Shown here: positions 1 to 8,698 of the stretch, piece by piece
Numbering within the stretch: position 1 is the stretch's first letter
Layout of the letters: each line of letters opens with the position of its first letter
Assembly: GCA_049970895.1 (NCBI GenBank)
Contig: JBMFMB010000017.1
Span: forward strand, 1-30,599
From: Candidatus Bathyarchaeia archaeon
Lineage (GTDB): Archaea; Thermoproteota; Bathyarchaeia; Bathyarchaeales; Bathycorpusculaceae
Reading direction: 5' to 3'
Length of the DNA: 30,599 nucleotides
The notes under the pieces: model-generated
Database searches by the model: none
The model's input: the letters and a program-made list of their open reading frames with translations, nothing else
Told to the model about the DNA's origin: nothing
Program-made: the position numbers and the translations under genes

Positions 1-633
1 GCAAGCGCAGCACCATACTTTCCAAAGGGCACAATACACATAGCCGTTGTAGACCCAGGTGTGGGAACAAAACGTAAACCAATATTGATAGAGACGGAGA
101 AAGGCTTCTTTATAGGACCGGACAACGGCATCCTCGCATTAGCAGTCGAGACACAAGGCATAAAACATGTTTATGAAATAGCAAATCCAAAGTATATGCT
201 GCCAAAAATTTCAACAACCTTCCATGGAAGAGACGTCTTCGCTCCAGCAGCAGCCCACCTATCTAAAGGAGTTTCGCCGTCAGAGTTTGGACCCGAAATC
301 TGGCAGATTGTGAAGCCTCGATTTGCAAAAATTGTTAGGAAAGGCTCTATGTTGGTGGGCGAAGTCATACACGTGGATGGCTTCGGGAATGTAATCACAA
401 ACTTTACAGCGAAAGAACTGGAATCGCTTGGAATAAGGGAAAATTTGAACTTGAAGATTGGTGAAACTGCATTAAAGCTTAGGCTTTGTAGGGCTTATGC
501 CGAAGTGGAAGCCAAAAAGCCGCTAGCGATAATAGGTAGCCACGACTTTTTGGAGATATCAGTAAATAAGGGAAATGCCGCCAGAATGTTTAAGGTTAAG
601 GCTGGAGACAAGGTTATACTTTATCGCTCTTAG
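1..633 (+). CDS. SAM hydroxide adenosyltransferase / SAM-dependent halogenase family protein (DUF62), 5'-truncated by window edge
   Basis: Frame is open from base 1 (ASAAPYFPKGTIHIAVVDPGVG). Family motifs VVDPGVG, GPDNG, STTFHGRDVFAP, DGFGNVITN, LEISVNKGNAA. Confidence 0.92.
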   Translation, partial: ASAAPYFPKGTIHIAVVDPGVGTKRKPILIETEKGFFIGPDNGILALAVETQGIKHVYEIANPKYMLPKISTTFHGRDVFAPAAAHLSKGVSPSEFGPEIWQIVKPRFAKIVRKGSMLVGEVIHVDGFGNVITNFTAKELESLGIRENLNLKIGETALKLRLCRAYAEVEAKKPLAIIGSHDFLEISVNKGNAARMFKVKAGDKVILYRS

Positions 634-1138
634 TTAAGTCCTTAAGCCTCTCAACACCGCCAATCTCTTTTATGAATTCAGCCACACTTTTTGGGACGAG
701 CTCTTCCCAGTTTCCATCTTTCAGCATTCTTTCCCTTATCTCTGTGGCGGAGTAAACTTTCCGCTTGTGGAAGCGTATTGACTTAACCTCGTAGCCAGCC
801 TCTATGAAAAGCCTCCGGGTTAAAGGCTCGTTGGAGTAGACAACATCGAAGCGTGGGGTGTAGCCCTCAACAGCCGAGACCCAAACCATGTGGATGTGGA
901 CGTCTGGAACTGGCACAATCCATATACGGTTTAGATCTATTCCGGCTTCCTCCATAGCCCTTCGAATCATGACTATTCTTTCGCCAGTTGTGAAGGGATT
1001 ATCAATGCGGTGGCTGTACTGGGCGCTGCCAACAACAATTACAAGCTCGTCAACCTCCTTCAAAATATCCCTTACAACGTTAAGGTGCCCCTTATGAAAG
1101 GGCTGAAACCTCCCAACAAAAAGACCACGCCTAACCAT
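614..1138 (-). CDS. nadM: Nicotinamide-nucleotide adenylyltransferase (archaeal NMNAT)
   Basis: GRFQPFHKGH (HxGH), GSAQYSH, NPFTTGER, SATEIR. Start placed at the ATG of MVRRGLF. Confidence 0.93.
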   Translation of the reverse strand: MVRRGLFVGRFQPFHKGHLNVVRDILKEVDELVIVVGSAQYSHRIDNPFTTGERIVMIRRAMEEAGIDLNRIWIVPVPDVHIHMVWVSAVEGYTPRFDVVYSNEPLTRRLFIEAGYEVKSIRFHKRKVYSATEIRERMLKDGNWEELVPKSVAEFIKEIGGVERLKDLTKSDKV

Positions 1139-1187
1139 GAAACCACTCTTTTCTCTAAATTCAGCCATTCGCTTTTATTATTTACGT

Positions 1188-1790
1188 TTAAAACTTTAAC
1201 GCTTCCTTTGAAGCCTTTTCCAAGACATACTCCACGGGGAAAATTTTCAACTTACCTCCATCTACGGGTATTTCACGTTCTTTGCTGTAGCCTCTCTTTT
1301 CGCGGCTCAATATTTCCAGCTTAACCCTTAAGCCTCCCCCATACCCGCCTAAAGAAAAGTCTGAAGCCACAACCCTATGGCAAGGAATAATGAGTGGAAA
1401 TGGATTTGAAGCCATAATCCGCCCAACAGCCCTTGGACTTCCACCAACAGCCCTAGCAACTGCTCCATAAGAAGCCACATAACCCACTAGAATATGGGCG
1501 GTGGCTTTCAAAACCCTTTGCGTATAGCCCGATAAAGATTCCATGCTTAAAGGAAATTTATTCTCTACATCCTTGCCTTGGTAAATGTCCCTTAAAGTGG
1601 CGACAACGTGTTCGGCAAGAACTCCGCCCTCCTTTGAATACTGGAATGGAACGTTAAATGGAATACCCTTCAATAGACTGCGCAGAACCAATTCTTGGCT
1701 TGGTGCAAATGCCGTGGCGAAAACACTTTTGTCATTGCATGCCACGCCAAACCACATGCCCTCGTAGGATTTCGCATACAAGTTTATCAT
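1188..1790 (-). CDS. ogt: Methylated-DNA--protein-cysteine methyltransferase
   Basis: SYGAVA...PRAVG...NPFPLIIPCHRVV with active Cys, followed by LGGYGGG. Confidence 0.92.
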   Translation of the reverse strand: MINLYAKSYEGMWFGVACNDKSVFATAFAPSQELVLRSLLKGIPFNVPFQYSKEGGVLAEHVVATLRDIYQGKDVENKFPLSMESLSGYTQRVLKATAHILVGYVASYGAVARAVGGSPRAVGRIMASNPFPLIIPCHRVVASDFSLGGYGGGLRVKLEILSREKRGYSKEREIPVDGGKLKIFPVEYVLEKASKEALKF

Positions 1791-1908
1791 TCTTGCCGCC
1801 TTCTCAGCATTGCTATGACACTTGTGGCTAATTTAGCTTTACATGGCTTAGGAAGACATTAAGTTTAATAGGTTGTGCTCGCATAACACGTGGAAAGGTG
1901 AAGACAGC

Positions 1909-2529
1909 GTGGAAAAGGAAGGGCAAATGCCCCAGTATCTGTGGATTCCAGGCGCCACCACGGTGGGCATAGTTTGCAAAGACGGTGTTATCCTCGCTTC
2001 TGAAAAGCGAGTTTCATATGGATATTTGGTTGTTAGCAGAGGCGGCAAAAAGGTCTTCAAAATAACAGACCACATAGGCGCGGCATGCGCTGGACTGGTT
2101 TCAGACATGCAAATTTTGGTGCGGGAAGTTGAGGCTTACGCAAACTTGTACAGTATGGATGTTGGAAGACCAATATCAGTTAGATCAGCCGCAAAACTCA
2201 TGTCAAACCTTCTTTTTGCTAATAGGCTTGCGCCGCTCATAACCCAAACAATTGTTGGAGGAATAGACGAAGAAGGAGCATCACTCTACGTTTTGGACGT
2301 TTTAGGCTCAGTTATACCCGACAAGTTTGCCGTTGTGGGTTCGGGAACAGAAATCGCCATGGGCGTCCTCGAAGAAAGCTATAGGGAAGGCTTAAGCGTG
2401 GAGGAGGGCAGAGAACTGGTCATAAGGGCGATAAAATCCGCCATAAGCAGAGACATAATGAGCGGCGACGGCATAGACTTCCTGTTCATAACAAAGGATG
2501 GAACCCGCGAGGAATCAATAAAATTCTAA
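1909..2529 (+). CDS. psmB: 20S proteasome beta subunit, Thr1->Ala (probably non-catalytic) paralogue
   Basis: GATTVGIVCKDGVILASEKR, AGLVSDMQ, GSG, SRDIMSG. GTG at 1909 follows an AGGTGA RBS. Confidence 0.92.
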   Translation: MEKEGQMPQYLWIPGATTVGIVCKDGVILASEKRVSYGYLVVSRGGKKVFKITDHIGAACAGLVSDMQILVREVEAYANLYSMDVGRPISVRSAAKLMSNLLFANRLAPLITQTIVGGIDEEGASLYVLDVLGSVIPDKFAVVGSGTEIAMGVLEESYREGLSVEEGRELVIRAIKSAISRDIMSGDGIDFLFITKDGTREESIKF

Positions 2530-2558
2530 ATTAACAGCCTAAACTGGGGATAAACGAC

Positions 2559-3185
2559 TTGTCTTTCGACTTAAGCCTAGAAGAGGGTAAAATTCTCGTT
2601 AGGCTTGCCCGCAACGCAGTTGAAGAATACTTAAAAACGAGAAGGCGCATCCGTGTCCCAGAAGGCGTATCTGAAAAATTGATGAAGCCTTGCGGCGTTT
2701 TCGTAACAATAAACAGCGTTGAAAATGGAGAAAAGGAACTGCGGGGATGCATTGGGCTTCCTTACCCAACAACCCAATTAGCCCAAGCGGTTATAGAATC
2801 AGCCATAAGCTCAGCAACCCAAGACCCAAGATTCTATCCCCTTTCCCTAAACGAGCTAGACAAAGTTATTTTCGAAGTAAGCGTATTAACCCCGCCGCAA
2901 CTAATTGAGGTTGAAAAACCGAACGAGTACCCATCAAAAATTAAGGTTGGCGTTGACGGGTTAATCGTTGAAAGAGGAATTTACAAGGGACTTCTTCTAC
3001 CGCAGGTGCCGGTGGAGTGGAACTGGGATGAAGAAGAGTTCTTATGCCAGTGCTGTGTGAAGGCTGGACTGCCACCGGACTGTTGGCTCATGAAAGGAAC
3101 AAAGGTCTACAAGTTTCAAGCCATAATTTTTGAGGAAGAGAAGCCAAGAGGTGAGGTTAGGCGGAAAACCCTCGGCGGGAAATAG
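2559..3185 (+). CDS. AMMECR1-domain protein (TIGR00296 family)
   Basis: GVFVT...LRGCIG, DPRF, EVSVLTPP, GLLLPQV, C-terminal KAGLP. Confidence 0.92.
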   Translation: MSFDLSLEEGKILVRLARNAVEEYLKTRRRIRVPEGVSEKLMKPCGVFVTINSVENGEKELRGCIGLPYPTTQLAQAVIESAISSATQDPRFYPLSLNELDKVIFEVSVLTPPQLIEVEKPNEYPSKIKVGVDGLIVERGIYKGLLLPQVPVEWNWDEEEFLCQCCVKAGLPPDCWLMKGTKVYKFQAIIFEEEKPRGEVRRKTLGGK

Positions 3186-3189
3186 GCTC

Positions 3190-4368
3190 ATGCGTGTTTA
3201 CTTTGCCCCATGCGGCATAGGACTGGGGCATGTTGGAAGATGTGTGCCAATTGCCAGAAAACTTCGAGAACAAAACGTCCAAGTGATGTTTTCAACATAC
3301 CGGGAAGGAATCCCCTACATAAAACATGAGAAGCTCCCCCTTTTTGAGGCGCCACCAATTGGCTTCCAAGTAAAACCAGATGGAACCATAGACTTTAAAC
3401 AGACAGCCATTAACCCAGGCCCATTCATCGCCTCCTTCACCCTCATGAAACAAGTTGACGCTGAAATATACGCAATTAAAAGCTTCAACCCAGATGTTGT
3501 TGTTTCGGATTCCCGTGCTTCCACACTGCTAGCCGCAAAAATTCTCAGAAAACCAAGAATCTGCATCCTGAACCAGTTCCAACCCATAATTCCGAGAAGA
3601 AAACGCTTCTTGAGACTGGCGAGACTGGCAGACTCAATTGCCCTAGCCCTTATTGGGAAAATATGGACCAGCGGAGACATGGTTTTAGTTCCAGACTTCC
3701 CCCAGCCCTACACGGTTTGCGCTGGCAACCTAAACATTCCAAAGACTTACGAGAATAAGGTTCGCCTCATAGGACCAATTTTGCCAGTTCGCCCGGAAAT
3801 ATTGCCAGATAAAAATGAAATTCGAGAAAGGCTTGAAATGCCACAATATAAGCCAGTAATTTTTGCGCCCATCAGTGGCAGCGTAAAAGAGAAGGCATTT
3901 TTTATTGGGGTTTTGAGGAAAATCTTGATGAAGTTTCCAAAGGATTACGAGATTGTTTTGTCGATGGGCTACCCAAACGCGGATGCCAATCCTGTGCGTT
4001 ATGGCAACCTAACAATTTACAAGTGGATTCCAAATCGTTTTGAATACTTGAAGGCTTGCGACTTGGTTATAAGCCGTGCTGGACATGGAACGATAACCCA
4101 GTGCGTGTGCTATGGCAAGCCAATGATTTTAGTGCCTACGCCAAATCATACAGAACAGATAAACAATGCTGCCCAAGCCAAGAAAATCGGCGTTGCAAAA
4201 GTCATTCAGCAAGAGAACTTGAGCCTAAACAAACTACTCAAGGCGGTCAAGGAAACCCTCAGAGTGGAAAATCTGGAGAGAGTTGAGCAAATAAAGGCTG
4301 AAGTTTCGCAATATGACGGACTGGAAAATGCTGTCAGCACAATAATTGAGATGGCAAATAAAGGCTGA
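3190..4368 (+). CDS. GT-B glycosyltransferase, MurG/GT28-like
   Basis: N-terminal CGIGLGH, PDVVVSD, C-terminal DLVISRAGHGT and PTPNHTEQINNA. Start at ATG 3190, just after the upstream stop. Confidence 0.85.
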   Translation: MRVYFAPCGIGLGHVGRCVPIARKLREQNVQVMFSTYREGIPYIKHEKLPLFEAPPIGFQVKPDGTIDFKQTAINPGPFIASFTLMKQVDAEIYAIKSFNPDVVVSDSRASTLLAAKILRKPRICILNQFQPIIPRRKRFLRLARLADSIALALIGKIWTSGDMVLVPDFPQPYTVCAGNLNIPKTYENKVRLIGPILPVRPEILPDKNEIRERLEMPQYKPVIFAPISGSVKEKAFFIGVLRKILMKFPKDYEIVLSMGYPNADANPVRYGNLTIYKWIPNRFEYLKACDLVISRAGHGTITQCVCYGKPMILVPTPNHTEQINNAAQAKKIGVAKVIQQENLSLNKLLKAVKETLRVENLERVEQIKAEVSQYDGLENAVSTIIEMANKG

Positions 4369-4410
4369 AAAGGTGAATGCTTTTTAAGTCTGATACTCAA
4401 AGTTGAGGGT

Positions 4411-5277
4411 ATGTTCTTGCCAAGGAAAATTTTGGAGGAAAAACTTAGGCAGCTGCTGGCTGAAGACATTGGACAAGGCGACATAACCTCAACCCTCATA
4501 GTCCCAGATGGATGCAACGCTGAAGCGGAAATAATTGCAAAAGAGAGTGGTGTGGCTGCTGGAATTGAAGAGGCTGAGGTGCTTCTTGAAAGCCTAGGTT
4601 TAAAACCCGAAGCCTTAGTCAAAGATGGAAATGAAATAAAGCCAAAGCAAGTTCTAATGAAGATTTACGGCGACGCAAGAACCATATTAGCTTTGGAGCG
4701 AACACTATTAAATATTGTTTCAAGGATGAGTGGCATAGCCACAACCACACGAAGGCTAGTTGAGAAGGTTAGGAGAGCAGGGTACAAAACCATAGTTGCA
4801 TGTACACGGAAAACGGCGCCTGGACTGCTATACTTTGACAAGAAGGCAGTCTCGGTGGGTGGAGGTGACACCCACAGGCTCCACTTGGATGACATGATTC
4901 TAATAAAGGACAATCATATCAGAATTGCTGGAAGCATTGAAAAAGCCGTCAAAACCGCCAAAGAAAAAGCCTCCTTTAGCAAGAAGGTTGAAGTTGAAGT
5001 GTCCAATATCGATGAGGCTTTAGAAGCGGCGAAAGCAGGAGCAGACATAATAATGTTGGATAATTTTCCGCCGAGTCAGATTAAAAGGGCTGTTGAGAAG
5101 CTGAAAAGGGCTGGTTTTCTGGGGAAAGTTTTGTTGGAGGCAAGCGGAGGAATAACAGCCGAAAATATTGTGGCATACGCATCCACAGGAGTGGACATTG
5201 TAAGCCTCGGCGAAATAACAGACAGCCCAAAAGCCTTGGACATAAGCTTAGAAATAAAAAGTTTCAAATTGCCATAG
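4411..5277 (+). CDS. nadC: Nicotinate-nucleotide diphosphorylase (carboxylating), quinolinate phosphoribosyltransferase
   Basis: EDIGQGDITS, ERTLLN, SGIAT, TRKTAPG, HRLHLDDMILIKDNH, EVEV, IMLDN, EASGGIT. Confidence 0.95.
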   Translation: MFLPRKILEEKLRQLLAEDIGQGDITSTLIVPDGCNAEAEIIAKESGVAAGIEEAEVLLESLGLKPEALVKDGNEIKPKQVLMKIYGDARTILALERTLLNIVSRMSGIATTTRRLVEKVRRAGYKTIVACTRKTAPGLLYFDKKAVSVGGGDTHRLHLDDMILIKDNHIRIAGSIEKAVKTAKEKASFSKKVEVEVSNIDEALEAAKAGADIIMLDNFPPSQIKRAVEKLKRAGFLGKVLLEASGGITAENIVAYASTGVDIVSLGEITDSPKALDISLEIKSFKLP

Positions 5278-5827
5278 ATAAGGCTTTGACTATTGTCATT
5301 TCAATAACTGCTGCTATTAACAATATTACCGCACAAATAGAAATTACAATGCACGTGTTTATAAGCTCCCTTTTCCATGCTCGTTGAATGATTCGGTATA
5401 TCAACCAGACACTTTGAGCAAAAGCCATAGAATAAGCCAAAAATTCCAGCCATGTAAAAGGGAAAATAAACAAAGAGAACAAGCCCACTAATGGGGGCAC
5501 TTTGCTGCTGATGCATTGAGCAGCAATTGCAACACCAGTACTATACAATACGCTAAACCCAAAGATAAGACCAAAAATTGGTATGAAAAAGATGAGGCAT
5601 AATACGAAATTGTTTCCAAAAATCATGGTTGTTCCGCGGAACAAGTCTGCACCTCTAACAAGTTCTTGCGTCTTATTTAGCTCTTGATTAATTTTAGCTG
5701 CCTCTTCCGTGTTTAAAGGCGTTAAAGTACCCGCAACTGTCACACATAACGAGATTAGGAAGAAGACAATTATTATGAGAAGCCTCTTAACTTTTGTCGG
5801 TGAGGTTTTCCAAGCGCGAAGCGTGAT
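5264..5827 (-). CDS. Stage II sporulation protein M (DUF95)-like membrane protein; start uncertain (ATC 5827 or GTG 5743)
   Basis: Multi-TM protein with IFGNN, IPIFG, PFTWLEFLAY, LLIAAVIE. The open frame extends 28 codons upstream of GTG 5743, through a hydrophobic helix, to a GGAGGT RBS. Confidence 0.78.
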   Translation of the reverse strand: MTLRAWKTSPTKVKRLLIIIVFFLISLCVTVAGTLTPLNTEEAAKINQELNKTQELVRGADLFRGTTMIFGNNFVLCLIFFIPIFGLIFGFSVLYSTGVAIAAQCISSKVPPLVGLFSLFIFPFTWLEFLAYSMAFAQSVWLIYRIIQRAWKRELINTCIVISICAVILLIAAVIEMTIVKALSMAI

Positions 5828-5848
5828 ATAAACCTCCTAGCCCATTAC

Positions 5849-6538
5849 TTATCTTAAACTTATTTTTAGTATTCTGAAACCTCTTGCCAACGGGTTGAGC
5901 ATCTCAACAATATTAACTTTTTTCAAGATTTCTCCGACGTCTTCAGCGTATCCCCTTACGTCGTGTTCAGCAGCCATCAAAGAATACACGTAAATGCTGT
6001 TATCTTTGAATCGCGGCTGGCATTTTACAGGTAATCCAAGCATTAAGGGGCTGTTTTCTTTTATAGCCTTTTCAGAAGCATATATTATGGCATGCGCCCC
6101 AGCGGTTAGCTCCGCCACTCTCACTGGGATGCTGTCCTTGCCTATGGCTAAGGTCTCAACTCCATATTTTTGTGTTATTTCGCCCGCAATTTTTCTAAGC
6201 CTTGGAAGAATCTTTATAAGGTTGCTTTTCGCCTTGCTGGAAATTTTCAGGTTTGACAGCTGTATGGGTGAAAGCTGCTCAAGCGGAATAGCTCCAAGCG
6301 ATATGTCAAGATGGACAACATCCGCGCCTACTTTTGCGACTAGTTGTTTGCAGAGTTCCGCCTCCCGCACTATAACTTCGTGGCTGTCTTCAGCGTCTGC
6401 AAAAACTGGTATGGCTAGACACTCGCTTGGCTCCCTGTATGGCGGTTTAACCAAGACGGCGGCGGTAGCCACAATATACATTGGCTCAAATCTTTCATTT
6501 AGAATGGCGGCAGAAGAGTCAGCAGCAACTATATTCAA
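5849..6538 (-). CDS. DUF4152 protein, PfuExo I (PF2046)-like 3'-5' ssDNA exonuclease
   Basis: From TTG 6538: NIVAAD(7)SSAAIL, ATAAVLVKPPY, DVVHLD, AIGKDSIPVRVAE, GLP, NPLARGF. These match the recalled Pyrococcus PF2046 sequence; 229 aa. Confidence 0.75.
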   Translation of the reverse strand: MNIVAADSSAAILNERFEPMYIVATAAVLVKPPYREPSECLAIPVFADAEDSHEVIVREAELCKQLVAKVGADVVHLDISLGAIPLEQLSPIQLSNLKISSKAKSNLIKILPRLRKIAGEITQKYGVETLAIGKDSIPVRVAELTAGAHAIIYASEKAIKENSPLMLGLPVKCQPRFKDNSIYVYSLMAAEHDVRGYAEDVGEILKKVNIVEMLNPLARGFRILKISLR

Positions 6539-6595
6539 ACCTTTTCCACCTTCACTACTAATTAGGGTTAGAAGTAATTTAGCTCTGCTGCTCAC

Positions 6596-7204
6596 TCAAC
6601 CTTTTAAGCGCATTCCCAATATGAAAATTTCTGAGCTTTTCGCTCTGCTCGCCTTAGGCTTTATCATCTTCACATCTTCGAAGTGCCGCTTAACCATGCC
6701 TATAAAGTCGTTTAACATGTCGCCTTGAAAAACTTTCACGAAAAAGTTTCCGCCTGGTTTTAGGGTTTCTAGGGCTATTTCAAGCGCCCTTTCTGCAAGA
6801 TCTATCTGGCGGGCATGGTCAAGCTCCCAGATTCCAGAAATGTTTGGCGAGACATCCGAAATAACAGCGTCCGCTTTTCTAGGAAGCATCCCTAAAATCT
6901 GTTCCACAGCGTCGGGCCCGGTTATATCGCCGACTATCGTCCTAACATTCTTCTCCGGGAAAGGTTCCATTGGTTTTAGGTCAACTCCTAAAACAAAGCC
7001 TTCTGCACCAACAATTTTTCTCGCAGCTTGTGTCCATCCGCCGGGAGCTGCGCCCAAGTCGACGACAACATCACCTTCTTTAATAAAATGGTATTTTTCC
7101 ACCGCTTGGAAGAGTTTGTAGGCTGCCCTTGAACGATATTTCTCTTCTTTTGCCTTTCTATAATAGTAGTCTCTTTTGCGTTCTTGTATCCATGCTTTGG
7201 GCAA
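6596..7204 (-). CDS. rlmE: 23S rRNA (uridine-2'-O)-methyltransferase RlmE/FtsJ
   Basis: YRSRAAYKL, VVDLGAAPGGWTQ, SDVSPNISG, KVFQG, KPKASRAKSSE. Confidence 0.95.
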   Translation of the reverse strand: MPKAWIQERKRDYYYRKAKEEKYRSRAAYKLFQAVEKYHFIKEGDVVVDLGAAPGGWTQAARKIVGAEGFVLGVDLKPMEPFPEKNVRTIVGDITGPDAVEQILGMLPRKADAVISDVSPNISGIWELDHARQIDLAERALEIALETLKPGGNFFVKVFQGDMLNDFIGMVKRHFEDVKMIKPKASRAKSSEIFILGMRLKG

Positions 7205-7206
7205 AA

Positions 7207-7584
7207 CTAGCTGTCACCTAATATTTTGTACTCGCCTTCAGCCAACCGTAGGAGCCAATCCGTTAGCTTTTCGCAGTTCTGTGGCGTTATTGTGCCTGTC
7301 GGTCCGCATCTTGAGGTGTCCGGACACATCATGCATGGGCAGTCGGCTATTGAGTCTATGGATGCCGGAAGCCTTTTTGGATAAAGCCTATAGGTCCATC
7401 TTCCATTGCGGAGCTCCCTTTCACGGCGTATTAAACCCTTGCTCTCAAGTTTTAAGGCTATTCTTGAGCCTTCCCTGCTGCTGGCTCCAAGCTTTCTCCA
7501 GAGTTCTGATTGGAGCAATCCCTCGTTTCCAGAGCTCATTATTATTTGTAAAGCTTTTTGTTCCAAATCGTTTTGTTTTGGCAT
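7207..7584 (-). CDS. Transcription factor TFE-beta (archaeal RPC34/C39 homologue): winged HTH plus C-terminal Fe-S cysteine cluster
   Basis: GLLQSELWRKLGASSREGSRIALKLE...GRWTYRL wHTH, then CPCMMC...RCG...PQNCEKLTDWL. Confidence 0.82.
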   Translation of the reverse strand: MPKQNDLEQKALQIIMSSGNEGLLQSELWRKLGASSREGSRIALKLESKGLIRRERELRNGRWTYRLYPKRLPASIDSIADCPCMMCPDTSRCGPTGTITPQNCEKLTDWLLRLAEGEYKILGDS

Positions 7585-7678
7585 CTCCCTCTCCGTTTCC
7601 ACGCAGATATATAGGTGTTTTCAAATAATTATTGTTTGTTCAAAGATAAAATAATTTAGGTGAAATGAGGCGCCTACG

Positions 7679-8698
7679 ATGCCAGCAAAAACAAGGGAGG
7701 GATACTGTCTAGGCATTGAGAGCACTGCCGACGACTTCAGCGTTGGAATAGCCAACTTTAAAGGAGAAATCTTGGCAAACGCGATAAGCGCCTATTTACC
7801 TCAAAAGGGGGGAATACATCCAAGAGAAGCCGCACGGCACCACGCCGAAGCTGCAAACAAGGTTCTGGAAGAGGCATTCCAAAAAGCTGGAATAAAACCA
7901 AAAGACATAACAGTCATTGCCTTCTCCCAAGGACCTGGGTTGGGTCCATGCCTCAGAACAGGCGCCACAGTTGCAAGAGCCCTAGCCTCTTATCTGGGTG
8001 TTCCTCTTGTGGGCGTCAACCACTGTGTGGCTCACATAGAAATAGGCAAATTGAAAACTGGCGCCTTAGATCCGGTCACGCTTTACGTTTCGGGCGGGAA
8101 CACCATAGTGGCGGCTTTTGATTCTGGACGCTACAGAGTTTTCGGTGAAACATTAGATATAGCCCTTGGAAACTGTCTAGACGTTTTCGCAAGAGAAGCT
8201 GGCTTGAGGCAAAAACCAGGCGAACCTTTCGGGGCTATTGTGGAAAAACTCGCGAAGAATGGACGGAAGCTTATTCCACTGCCATACACTGTTAAAGGGA
8301 TGGATATGTCCTTCAGCGGCTTGCTCACGGCAGTCGTTAACTTGCTCAAGAAAGGTGAGGATAGGCTGGAGGATTTGTGCTATAGCCTCCAAGAAACAGC
8401 CTTCTCGATGGTTACTGAAGTCACGGAGAGAGCCCTAGCCCACACAGAGAAAAGGGAAGTGTTATTGACGGGTGGTGTTGCCGCGAATAAGAGGCTTCAA
8501 GAAATGGTTAAGTTGATAGCTGAGGAGCACGACGCTGAATTCTGTGTTGTGCCAAGTCAGTTTGCCATAGATAATGGCGCCATGATAGCTTGGACTGGTG
8601 TTTTAGCCTTCACTCATGGCATTGTAACGCCAATTCATGAGAGCTTTGTGAAGTTGAGGTGGCGGCTTGAAGAGGTTGAAGTTCCTTGGGTGAAATAA
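7679..8698 (+). CDS. kae1: KEOPS t6A synthase subunit Kae1
   Basis: GIESTA, GGIHPREAA.HH, GPGLGPCL, VNHCVAHIE, LYVSGGNT, GGVAAN, DNGAMIAW. Confidence 0.96.
   Translation: MPAKTREGYCLGIESTADDFSVGIANFKGEILANAISAYLPQKGGIHPREAARHHAEAANKVLEEAFQKAGIKPKDITVIAFSQGPGLGPCLRTGATVARALASYLGVPLVGVNHCVAHIEIGKLKTGALDPVTLYVSGGNTIVAAFDSGRYRVFGETLDIALGNCLDVFAREAGLRQKPGEPFGAIVEKLAKNGRKLIPLPYTVKGMDMSFSGLLTAVVNLLKKGEDRLEDLCYSLQETAFSMVTEVTERALAHTEKREVLLTGGVAANKRLQEMVKLIAEEHDAEFCVVPSQFAIDNGAMIAWTGVLAFTHGIVTPIHESFVKLRWRLEEVEVPWVK

Noticed and set aside
1-633. Fluorinase/chlorinase (halometabolite biosynthesis)
   Set aside because: The TFHGRD motif and housekeeping context fit the widespread DUF62 SAM hydrolases, and there is no biosynthetic cluster.
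3130-4368. Peptidoglycan MurG, and the longer TTG-3130 start
   Set aside because: The context is archaeal with no mur genes, so only the GT28-like fold is supported. The 3130 start overlaps the upstream gene by 56 bp, whereas ATG 3190 fits the family N-terminus.
5994-6728. 244-aa plus-strand ORF
   Set aside because: It is an antisense shadow of the DUF4152 and rlmE genes, with no recognisable motifs.
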